This document shows positions 24,740-34,562 of a stretch of 64,000 nucleotides of DNA, piece after piece. Both the position numbers and the translations under genes were made by a program. Within the stretch, counting starts at the first letter, position 1. Every line of letters starts with the position of its first letter. Origin of the DNA: Octopus vulgaris (lineage: Eukaryota); contig OX597819.1 in the NCBI GenBank assembly GCA_951406725.2, positions 94,798,001 to 94,862,000 on the forward strand, given 5' to 3'. A model generated the notes under the pieces. That model saw only the letters and a list, made by a program, of their open reading frames with translations. It had not been told where the DNA came from and did not search any database.

Positions 24740-26400
24740 ATAAAACATATGCATATATACATACATATATGTACGTACCTACATCTACATGTATATAAAC
24801 ATGCATATATGGGTACAGGACACCAAAAAAACGTCAAACAATGAGAAACGAAAACATAAACACAAAACCAAGGAACTGGACATTTTTCTTAAACAATGAA
24901 AAAATAGAGTACAGGACAAATAACACAAGGAAAATTCCCCTTCTTCAGTCGCCATGGTTTCATCTACTCCGTGTTTCGAAAGTGAAGGCGAGACGCGACT
25001 TCGGCTGAAACATTCCTTCCCGCGAAAAGCAAATTAAATAAAATTTGAGATTTTTTTGCGGAGGGGTAAAAATGGTAACAAAAACAGGACAGTAATGACA
25101 GTACAAAATATAAACAATAAAAGACAGGACAAGGAGAATAACAGTAAAACAGATAAGAAGGGCTGTTAAGCCAAACGAGATAAAATATTACGAACGCTAT
25201 TTTTGAGAACGGCGAAGGAGCCACAGAAAATGCCATCTACACTCGGGTGAAGCAAGGTCAGAAAAGACAGTAGTTTCCTCATCGCTGACCAGCAACGGAA
25301 TAGGGGAGGAGGAGTAAGAGAAAGGGAAGGGGAGAGAAAAAAGAGGAATGGTTGTAGAGAAAACCAGATATATATATATGCACACACACTGCACAACATC
25401 CACGTCCAGCAGAGGTAGCAAGGGTGATGTGAATGATGGAGGATTAAAGGTGAGGACAACTACTAATGACATGTTTGCTGGCAAATGTGCATTACAATCT
25501 TCTTTTCAGATGTTGAAAGCCACAGTTACCTCCAGCATTCCTTTATGTTCACTCAAAATTGGCACTGTCAGTGTAGGCACATTGAAAGGTAGGTATGGTG
25601 AGATTGTTGAGATGCCTGAAAGTGTAAGAAAAAAGACTGAAAAAAATTCTTTTGTACTGAAGTTAAGGACAGTTAAGAGTTTGGATTAATAGATCCATGG
25701 AGTTCAGTGTCTTTTTTAAAAATATAAATGGTGTATAAGATATATAATATAGTGCGAAGAGGTTCACTTTCAGCTCATGTCCTGGTAGAAAAATTAATAA
25801 ATCTAACAAACCATGTGGGCAACATCCCCTTCATCAGGAAAGGTATCCTCATAAAATCACATTCTTGATATCTTTTGTCTCGAGTTTGACTCGAGCATCT
25901 CTTTTTAGCAGTTCTATATATTTTGTAAGAAAGAACAATAATATTATATTTATATATATGTATGTATATGTATATATACATGCATATATGGGTACAGGAC
26001 ATAAAATAAAATGGTGAACACAATGAGAAACAAAAACATAAAAAAAAACATCGAAACAAACTTTTTTCAAACAACGCAAAAAACAGAAAAACGAGACATA
26101 CAACATAAAGAATATTCCCCTTCTTTAGTTGTCCCTGTTTCATCTACTCCACGTTTCGAAGGTAAGGACAAGACGTGACTTCATTGAAACAGTCCTACCC
26201 GCAAAGCAAATTAAATAAAATTTGGGATTTTTTGCGGAGGGTGAAAGTGGTAACAAGAACAGGACAGTGAGAACAAAACAGTAAAAGACAGAACAATGTG
26301 AACAAAGCAGTAAAAACAAACGATGAGGGCTGTTAAGCCAAGACAATGGAAAAATTATTCTGAATGTTTAAGGAGACGAGCTTATGAAGAGACAGGATAA
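24740..26400 (-). repeat. Two diverged copies of an interspersed repeat (24740-25250 and 25950-26400), possibly Penelope pLTR-like
   Basis: Shared blocks ATATATGGGTACAGGACA, TTCCCCTTCTT, GTTTCATCTACTCC.GTTTCGAA, AAGCAAATTAAATAAAATTTG, GGGCTGTTAAGCCAA. Confidence 0.65.
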
Positions 26401-26429
26401 GCTGGGAATTCTTTCTGTATGTATGAAAG

Positions 26430-28895
26430 CAGCACTCAAAGGCGGATTATACAGGACGACGCCCTCTTTATAATAAATAAACCCTGAAATAGGAAACTAG
26501 AGCTTATCAAGAAAAGACTACACAAATTCTTTAAATTCTTTTGGACTATCTATTTCTATTGAAAAGGAACACACCTCTATTAACTACTTAGACACAACTT
26601 GCAACCTAGCCACAGGACTCCATGAACCCTACATGAAACCCAACACAGACTTCAAATGCGTAAATGCTTCTAGTAACCACCCAAACTTTATTAGGAGAAG
26701 CTTAGTACATAGCATTAGCAATAGAATATCATGTCTCTCTTCCAACATAGATATCATTAATAGACATAAAGAAATTTATAACTCCACACTATGGAAAGCA
26801 GGATTTAAACAAAAAATCAAATACCTTGACCCTAATCACCCTACAAATAGTCAATATAACATAAACCCATGCACTAATACCACTAACACCAACCACACCA
26901 ACAATAAGAACACTACGGGTAACCCCAACATAAACAACACCAAGGCCCATACACAAATCACTAATAATAAAAATAACCGCAACACTCATACTGATAAAGT
27001 GATATTAAATAAGATTAACAATATTAACAAAACTAATGACACAAAGTACACAAATAAGCCCCAAAGTAACATTAGCTACAAACATAGAATAGACCTACAC
27101 ATCGGTACCAATAAAACTAAAGTCACCCAACGAACTAATATGAACCCTGTTAATAACAAGAAAACCAGGCCCTCTAACCCACATGAACCCTACAATAATA
27201 ACACCAATAGGACAGGCAAAAGTAACAGGAACGTGAAACCTAACTATGGAAATAACCAAGGTAGATACAACCATAACTTCACACAACTCACAAACAAGGA
27301 GGGTAGCTTCTATACTGGAAAAAACAACACAAAAAATAAACAAAATAGTGATAATATCTGGCTCGTAATCCCATACCCCATGTACCTCAAGTCAAATATA
27401 GTTCGCTCATTAATGAAAATCATAGACAAACACCTAAATGTTAATAAATACGCTAAATTATTTAGGAATAAAATTAAAGTAGGCCACAGTCTAATTAATA
27501 ACTTAGACACAATAATAGCCTCAATAAATAATAAAAAAACTAGTCAAATTCTATGAAACTAGAAAGATTGGAAACAATAAAAACCAACCAACTAATAGAA
27601 CCAAGTCCACCACTAACATAGCATCTCCTGCTAACTTAGATATAGACCTAAATAATAACAGCCCCCACACACACAAACAACATGAATGCAGATATACCTT
27701 ATTATTTATGCAGCTGCAGGGATAGAACAAAGTGCCCTTTCTCAAATAGATGCAAGACAAATAACGTAGTTTACCAATGTGATGTGCACACAAATAACCA
27801 AATGAAATCATACATAGGTGCCACTAAGAACCAAATGATTCTTAGATATAACGCGCACCAATCGAGCTTCAGAAATAAGAGTAAGACCAGCTCAACAGGG
27901 CTCAGTACATACATTTGGGAACTTAAGGATAAAAAATAGATTATAGATTAAACTGGCATATACTTACAAAAACAACCTTGTACAATGCCGCCAATAGATG
28001 CTGCGATCTTTGCCTATCAGAATGCCTAGCTAAACTTACGGCTAAACAACCTCTCCTCAACAAGAAATTTGAGAATAACATTTTTTGTCTTCATCTGGGC
28101 CTTTATGTCTTTTCAAAATACCAGTAGAATAACATTTTTTGTCTTCAAGTAGGCCTTTATGCCTTTTCAAAATACCATAAATTAATAGGACCCTTTATAA
28201 ATCCCAAACTAGCATAGTCATCTATATAAGTCTAATTAGCTGGGAACCACCAAAAACACTTACACACAAACAGTCACCCTGCAAACCCACTTGCCCTCCG
28301 CATTCCATAAGAATTTACTTTGCTCCTACATAGGGCCCCTTCTAGCACTAAGAACTTCCTAAACTCTAACAATAATATAATTTTTAGCCATAATACAATT
28401 TTAACCACCCTACCTAGTCCAATAAAACTGGAATGAATCAGCTCCCTTTTCACCCTAATTTAGAGTTACCCCCCTTTACTTACACCGCTGGTGACTTAAA
28501 CCAATTTAATACGCACGTGCGATAAAATGTACTTAGTCAAACTCGGAACCCCACACCTAAATAATACGCACTCCGCTCTAATTGCTCAACAAAACTAACC
28601 AGTCTACTACAGTGAAACCTCTCTCCAGCGAAATTACCAGCTCAAGTACAAAGTTCAATGTTAAACTTACTAACTTTGCCTCTATTACCATCTCATATGT
28701 ATCAATTATTTTTGCATCCTGATATATCAATCTATTTTTCGCATTCTGAAGAGATTTACTAAAACTAGTAAATTGAAACGATCATAAATGCTACCTTCAT
28801 CATTGCTTCCTTCTTCTTTGTTATATAATTAAATTTAAGGCATACCAGTGAAAACGACAAATCTCCCCTTATTATTTGCATCCATTTTCTTGTAT
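26430..28895 (+). mobile_element. 5'-truncated Penelope-like retroelement, Naiad-type (RT plus C-terminal GIY-YIG), frameshifted
   Basis: GLY(R)DD (frameshifted), NYLDTTCNL, PYMKPN...SNHP, linker CSCRDRTKCP (CxCx5C), VVY...YIGAT, H...LSTYIWELK, CDLC...LLNKKFE...CLH; 3' hammerhead; ends at (TA)n. Confidence 0.88.
28741..28791 (+). ncRNA. Minimal type I hammerhead ribozyme in the Penelope 3' terminal repeat
   Basis: Stem I GCATT/AATGC; core CTGAAGA; stem II GATTTACTA-aaac-TAGTAAATT; GAAA; short stem III AC-GATC-AT; cleavage triplet ATA (28784-28786). Confidence 0.8.
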
Positions 28896-28902
28896 ATGTG
28901 TG

Positions 28903-28977
<75 letters not shown>

Positions 28978-29562
28978 ATATGACTATGTGTGTGTGTTTG
29001 TGACATTTACTACGATGAAGAAATATGAGAAAGATATGGTATATAATTTTTTTTTTGTGCAGGGGTTCCTTGAGACATGTAATTTATTTTAAGGATAAAA
29101 AGGTTAAGATACACTGGTCTAGAGGTCCACTACATGGAGCATTCCTAGGAAATATATCTTTGGTTTGTTTCTTATGCACCCTAACCCAATCTATTAATTT
29201 TGATCCTGTTTAGCTAATGTAATTCTTATTGTAATTTGGACATGTGATGCTGTAAATGAAATATTTTGTTTTGCAAGTTGTCATCATCATCATCGTCGTT
29301 TAACGTCCGTTCTCCATGCTAGCATGGGTTGGACGGTTCGACCGGGGTTCTGGGAAGCCAGAAGGCTGCACCAGGCTCCAGTCTAATCTGGCAATGTTTC
29401 TACAGCTGGATGCCCTTCCTAACGCCAACCACTCCGTGAGTGTAGTGGGTGCTTTTTACGTGCCACCTGCACAGGTGCCAGGCGGGGCTGGCAACGGCCA
29501 CGGTCAGATTGGTGTATTTTATGTGCCACCGGCACGGAAGCCAGTCGAGGCGGTGCTGGCAT

Positions 29563-30015
29563 CGGCCACGAGTCGGATAGTGCTTTTTACGTACCACCAG
29601 ACCAGGGATCCTGGCTGGTTCAATTCGATTTCGATTTCGCTTGCCCCAACATGTCTTCACAAGCAAAGGGGGTTGGCAAGGGTGCCTGTCGTACGGTCGC
29701 ATTGGAGTATTTTACGTGCCACGGCCACGAGTCGGATAGTGCTTTTTACGTACCACCAGACCAGGGATCCTGGCTGGTTCAATTCGATTTCGATTTCGCT
29801 TGCCCCAACATGTCTTCACAAGCAAAGGGGGTTGGCATGGGTGCCTGTCGTACGGTCGCATTGGAGTATTTTACGTGCCACGGCCACGAGTCGGATAGTG
29901 CTTTTTACGTACCACCAGGCCAGGGATCCTGGCTGGTTCAATTCGGTTTCGATTTCGATTTCGCTTGCCCCAACATGTCTTCGCAAGCATGGGGGTTGGC
30001 ATGGGTGTCTGTCGT
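29563..30015. repeat. 159-bp tandem repeat (~2.8 copies) in the RTE 3' UTR
   Basis: Units begin CGGCCACGAGTCGGATAG at 29563, 29722 and 29881. Confidence 0.95.
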
Positions 30016-30120
30016 CGGATGAGGTTCTATATCGACTTCGCTTGCCTCAACCGGTCTTTGTGTCCAAGGGAGGAAAGGCATTCATAAGTGGGCTGGGCTC
30101 ACTTGTCCTGCCTGGTCTTC

Positions 30121-33100
30121 TCACGTACAGAATATTTCCAAAGGTCTCGGGTCTCTGGTCATTTCCTCAGTGAGGCCTAAAGTTCGAAGGTCGTGCTTCA
30201 CCACCTCGTCCCAGGTTTTCCTGGGTCTACCTCTTCCACGGGTTCCCTCAACTGCTAGGGATTGGCACTTTCTCACACACCTATCTTCATCCATTCTCGC
30301 CACATGACCATACCAGCGCAATCGTCTCTCTTGCACACCACAACTGATGCTTCTTAGGTACAACATTTCTCTCAAGGTGCTAACGCTCTGTCGAGTATGT
30401 ACACTGACATTACACATCCATCGGAGCATACTGGCTTCATTCCTCACGAGCTTACGCATGTCCTCAGCAGTCACGGCCCATGTTTCGCTGCCATGTAGCA
30501 TGGCTGTTCGTACACACGCATCATACAGTCTGCCTTTTACTCTGAGCGAGAGGCCTTTAGTCACCAGCAGAGGTAAGAGCTCCCTAAACTTTGCCCAGGC
30601 TATTCTTATTCTAGCAGTTACACTTTCAGCGCACCCACCCCCACTACTGACTTGGTCACCTAGATAACGGAAGCTATCAACTACTTCTAGTTTTTCCCCC
30701 TGGAAAGTGACGGAAGTTGTTTTCTGCAGATTTTCGGAGGTTAATGCTCCCGAGCATCTGCCACATACAAAAACTATCTTCCCAGTTAGCCTACCTTTGA
30801 CATTGCTGCACCTCTTATGTGTCCATAGCTTACACTGGGTACATCTTATAGAGTTTCTACCTACACCTTTTCTACAGATCGAGCAGGGCCATCTTCCTGA
30901 AGATATTTGTGGATTGTCTACCTTTCTACTTATTAGTACTTTGGTTTTAGCTAGGTTGACTCTAAGGCCCCTTGATTCTAAACCCTCCTTCCACACCTGG
31001 AACTTCTCCTCCAGTTCTGATAGTGACTCAGCAATAAGAGCAAGGTCGTCAGCGTAGAGGAGCTCCCAGGGACAGCCTGTCTTGAATTCCTCCGTAATTG
31101 CCTGGAGTACTATGATAAATAGGAGGGGGCTGAGTACTGAACCCTGGTGGACCCCAACCTCTACTTTGAATTCTTCTGTGTACATGTTGCCAACCCTAAC
31201 CTTACTTACGGCATCTCTGTACATGGCTTGCACAGTCCTCACCAGCCATTCATCTATCCCTAGTTTCCTCATTGACCACCAGATAAGGGATCGGGGGACC
31301 CTATCAAAAGCTTTCTCCATGTCAACGAAAGCCAGGTACAGGGGCTTATCTTTGGCTAGGTATTTCTCCTGCAGCTGCCTTACCAGGAATATAGCATCAG
31401 TGGTACTTTTCCCTGGCACGAACCCAAACTGCATCTCATCTAAACTAACTCTCTCTCTAATTAGTTGGGCTATGACCCTCTCCGTAACCTTCATTACTTG
31501 ATCCAACAGCTTGATACCTCTGTAATTATTTGTATCTAGGGCATCACCTTTACCTTTGTAGCAGTTGACTAGTATGCTGCTGCACCAGTCATTGGGTATG
31601 ACTCCTTCGTGTATCACCTGGTTGACTATACGGGTGACTAGGTTATAGCCGACACTGCCAGATATTTTGAGCATCTCTGCAGTAATTCCTGATGGGCCTG
31701 GGGCTTTCCCTGTCTTCATGCTTCTAATTGCCTTAGCTACCACGGAACTATCAACTCGGATAGCTGGTCCCTCTGTAGGGTCAACATTCGGCAGACTCTC
31801 TTTATCCCATTCATTTTCCTCATTCAGTAACCTTTCATAGTGGCGTCTCCAAGCTTCTCTCTTTGCATCCTCATTTAGCGCAAGTGAACCATCCTCCATG
31901 CGAACACATTTCTCTCCTACCACATCACGATTCTCTCTCACACACTGTCTTGCAACACGAAATACCTCAAGTCTTTCATCCTCACGGCGCAGGACATTGG
32001 CAAATTTTCTCTTATCTGCTTCCCCTCTGGCTAGATAGACCTGTCTCCTAGCTTCCCTTCTGGCAGTCTGATACCCTTCCCTGCTACCACCGTTCTTCCA
32101 GGCCTTCCAAGCCTGTTTCTTTTGTCTAATAGCCCTGTCAACAATATTGTTCCACCACCACGTTATTTTGGGTCTTAAGGGGACTTTGCACCAGCCACAG
32201 ATCTGGTCAGCGGCTTTCAGCAGGTTGTCCCTCAGAAACGTCCAGTTGTCTTCTACCCCATGTGTAGCTATACCCCCTTCCACTTCGTCAAAGGCTTCAA
32301 GTAACATATCTCTAAATCTCTGTCCATTCGCAGGGGCTTTAAGCTTCCAGACCCTTCTTCTCCATGTTGGTCGTCTTCTAGTCGCCCTCTTAGTCCTGAT
32401 CCTAAAGTCACTAACTACCAGTCTATGTTGTGGGGTGCATTCTTCGCCTGGGAAGGTTTTGGCATTTATAAGCAGCCATCTTTCCCTTTTTCTGGCAAGG
32501 ATGTAGTCGATTTGGCTAGTATGCCGGCCCGATCGGTAGGTGACCAGGTGGCTTGTTGGTTTCCTGAAGTTAGTGTTGCAGACCATAAGACTATTCGCAT
32601 CGCAGAACTCCAGCAGCCTGGTTCCCTCCTCGTTGCGGGAACCATAACCGTAGCCTCCATGTACGCCATGGAAGCCCCCAGCATGTCGTCCAACATGCCC
32701 ATTGAAATCACCAGCCACAAAGAGAAGGTCCCTGTCGTTCGTCGATGAGGTGGTCTGCAGTAGGGTGTCATAGAAACTGTCTTTCTGTCCATCGGGTAGC
32801 CCTGGCTGAGGGGCATAGGCCGATATAATGGTTGCTAATCTATTATGAAGCACTATTCTAATCTTAAGTATTCTGTCACTTACTCTGATTACCTCAATTA
32901 CTCTATCTATCCATTTCTCAGCGATAAGTATACCCACGCCACCAACCCCGTCAGTGTTCCCTACCCAGAAAATCTTGTACCTGTGTTCCTTGCCTGTGAG
33001 GACCCTAGCAGATCCTCCTCTCCACCTTATTTCTTGCATACAACATACATCAACACGTCTCCGTTCAAGCATCTCGACTATCTCGCCAGACCTACCTTTC

Positions 33101-33222
33101 AATGTGCCAACGTTGAGGGTGCCCACCCTGAGGGTGTGGGAGGTGTGGGCCTCTGAGACCCTGGGATGAGGGACAGCAGTGTTATGTACCTGAAAAGAAA
33201 GCTTGCATTTGCCAGATATCAT
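30121..33222 (-). CDS. RTE LINE ORF: APE endonuclease plus reverse transcriptase with an inserted PHD-type finger (1033 aa)
   Basis: APE motifs TLNVGT, QEIR, YAP, GDFNGH, SQIDY, QHRLV; RT motifs KAPGPSG, YRGIKLL, KAFDRV, QGSVLSP, YADD, FRYLG; no internal stop. Confidence 0.96.
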   Translation of the reverse strand: MISGKCKLSFQVHNTAVPHPRVSEAHTSHTLRVGTLNVGTLKGRSGEIVEMLERRRVDVCCMQEIRWRGGSARVLTGKEHRYKIFWVGNTDGVGGVGILIAEKWIDRVIEVIRVSDRILKIRIVLHNRLATIISAYAPQPGLPDGQKDSFYDTLLQTTSSTNDRDLLFVAGDFNGHVGRHAGGFHGVHGGYGYGSRNEEGTRLLEFCDANSLMVCNTNFRKPTSHLVTYRSGRHTSQIDYILARKRERWLLINAKTFPGEECTPQHRLVVSDFRIRTKRATRRRPTWRRRVWKLKAPANGQRFRDMLLEAFDEVEGGIATHGVEDNWTFLRDNLLKAADQICGWCKVPLRPKITWWWNNIVDRAIRQKKQAWKAWKNGGSREGYQTARREARRQVYLARGEADKRKFANVLRREDERLEVFRVARQCVRENRDVVGEKCVRMEDGSLALNEDAKREAWRRHYERLLNEENEWDKESLPNVDPTEGPAIRVDSSVVAKAIRSMKTGKAPGPSGITAEMLKISGSVGYNLVTRIVNQVIHEGVIPNDWCSSILVNCYKGKGDALDTNNYRGIKLLDQVMKVTERVIAQLIRERVSLDEMQFGFVPGKSTTDAIFLVRQLQEKYLAKDKPLYLAFVDMEKAFDRVPRSLIWWSMRKLGIDEWLVRTVQAMYRDAVSKVRVGNMYTEEFKVEVGVHQGSVLSPLLFIIVLQAITEEFKTGCPWELLYADDLALIAESLSELEEKFQVWKEGLESRGLRVNLAKTKVLISRKVDNPQISSGRWPCSICRKGVGRNSIRCTQCKLWTHKRCSNVKGRLTGKIVFVCGRCSGALTSENLQKTTSVTFQGEKLEVVDSFRYLGDQVSSGGGCAESVTARIRIAWAKFRELLPLLVTKGLSLRVKGRLYDACVRTAMLHGSETWAVTAEDMRKLVRNEASMLRWMCNVSVHTRQSVSTLREMLYLRSISCGVQERRLRWYGHVARMDEDRCVRKCQSLAVEGTRGRGRPRKTWDEVVKHDLRTLGLTEEMTRDPRPLEIFCT

Positions 33223-33340
33223 ACTGAGACTCTAGACTACAACCTGCATAAACTTCACAGTTTTTGCGCTATATGATCACAATAAACCCTACATAGGGGT
33301 GCGGGGGGGGGGTCAAGAAAGATAGAAAACAGAAACTTCC

Positions 33341-33420
33341 GGTTCTGGTGGATGGGTGGGAGGGCGGGTTCTGGTGGATGGGTGGGAGGGCGGGTTCTGG
33401 TGGATGGGTGGGAGGGCGGG
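33341..33420 (+). repeat. 3 x 26-bp G-rich tandem repeat with G-quadruplex motifs
   Basis: Unit GGGTTCTGGTGGATGGGTGGGAGGGC; the array contains GGGTGGGAGGGCGGG three times. Confidence 0.9.
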
Positions 33421-33428
33421 TTCACCTC

Positions 33429-34562
33429 GAAGGAACAACAGGTTTTAAGTTAATACGTAGGGAATTTTCTGCAACAGAAATTACTGAACATCTAGGAACT
33501 TCGGGGTTCGAGAAGAACGTAATATAAATAAGAGAGAGAGAAAATATTTCGTAGGGAATTTAGGGTATCTTTGGGGAAAGGAATAACGACGAAGGAACAA
33601 CAGGTTTTAAGTTAATACGTAGGGAATTTTCTGCGACAGAAATTACTGAACATCTAGAAACTTCGGGGTTCGATTAAAACATAATATAAATAGGAGAGAG
33701 AGAGAATATTGTAGTGAATTCTGGGGATGGAATAATAACAGGATGACACTGAAATTAAAGGAGGAATTTAAAATGCATGACAGACAGGAAGCCATGCATA
33801 CAAGATGGCGAAATAAATAATAGAGAAACGGGATTTAGAGTTACGAATCAACGCTTAAAAAATGAATATGAATGACAGGTTGTAAGTTAAATTCGCTTAG
33901 CTGGTCATTTTTCGAGTCAGTGTTTTGTCAGCAAGATGTAGAATCGAGAAGAACGAGATAAATCGAACACTGCTTTATAAAGAGTTAGGGATTTGGGGGG
34001 GGGGATTATCAGGTGGAAGCATGAGGAAAGAGAGAGGGGGGAAGGAAGAGAGAGAGAGAGCTAAGGAACAACAGGTTTAATTCGTAAGGAATTTTCTGCA
34101 ACAGAAATTACTGAACATCTAGAAGCTTCGGGGGTTCAAGAAGAACGTAATATAAATAAGAGAGAGAGAAAATATTTCGTAGGGAATTTAGGGTATCTTT
34201 GGGGAAAGGAATAACGACGAAGGAACAACAGGTTTTAAGTTAATACGTAGGGAATTTTCTGCAACAGAAATTACTAAACATCTAGGAACTTCGGGGTTCG
34301 AGAAGAACGTAATATAAATAAGAGAGAGAGAAAATATTTCGTAGGGAATTTAGGGTATCTTTGGGGAAAGGAATAACGACGAAGGAACAACAGGTTTTAA
34401 GTTAATACGTAGGGAATTTTCTGCGACAGAAATTACTGAACATCTAGAAACTTCGGGGTTCGATTAAAACATAATATAAATAGGAGAGAGAGAGAATATT
34501 GTAGTGAATTCTGGGGATGGAATAATAACAGGATGACACTGAAATTAAAGGAGGAATTTAAA
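33429..34562 (-). repeat. ~162-bp monomer array (5 units) at the RTE 5' end
   Basis: (G)AAGGAACAACAGGTTT begins at 33429, 33591, ~34063, 34219 and 34381; block 33429-33772 is nearly identical to 34219-34562. Confidence 0.9.

Larger units (their letters stand above)
29281..34562 (-). mobile_element. Near full-length young RTE-clade LINE (~5.3 kb)
   Basis: Repetitive 5' region, single long ORF, 3' UTR with tandem array, terminal CCATGCTAGCATGG hairpin and (GAT)n tail; no TSD found. Confidence 0.92.

Noticed and set aside
24940-25000. Permuted hammerhead on - (CGAAAC...CTGAAGA)
   Set aside because: The required stems could not be formed convincingly in this copy or in the copy near 26120-26160.
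26430-28740. Selenocysteine recoding (in-frame UGA plus SECIS), reported for some Naiad elements
   Set aside because: The conserved Cys positions (CSCRDRTKC, CDLC, CLH) are ordinary Cys codons. The TGAs seen are at a non-conserved position or follow a frameshift, and I could not identify a SECIS by eye.
30347-33169. Several 100-140 aa ORFs on + overlapping the LINE ORF
   Set aside because: They are antisense shadows of the RTE coding sequence with no recognisable motifs.
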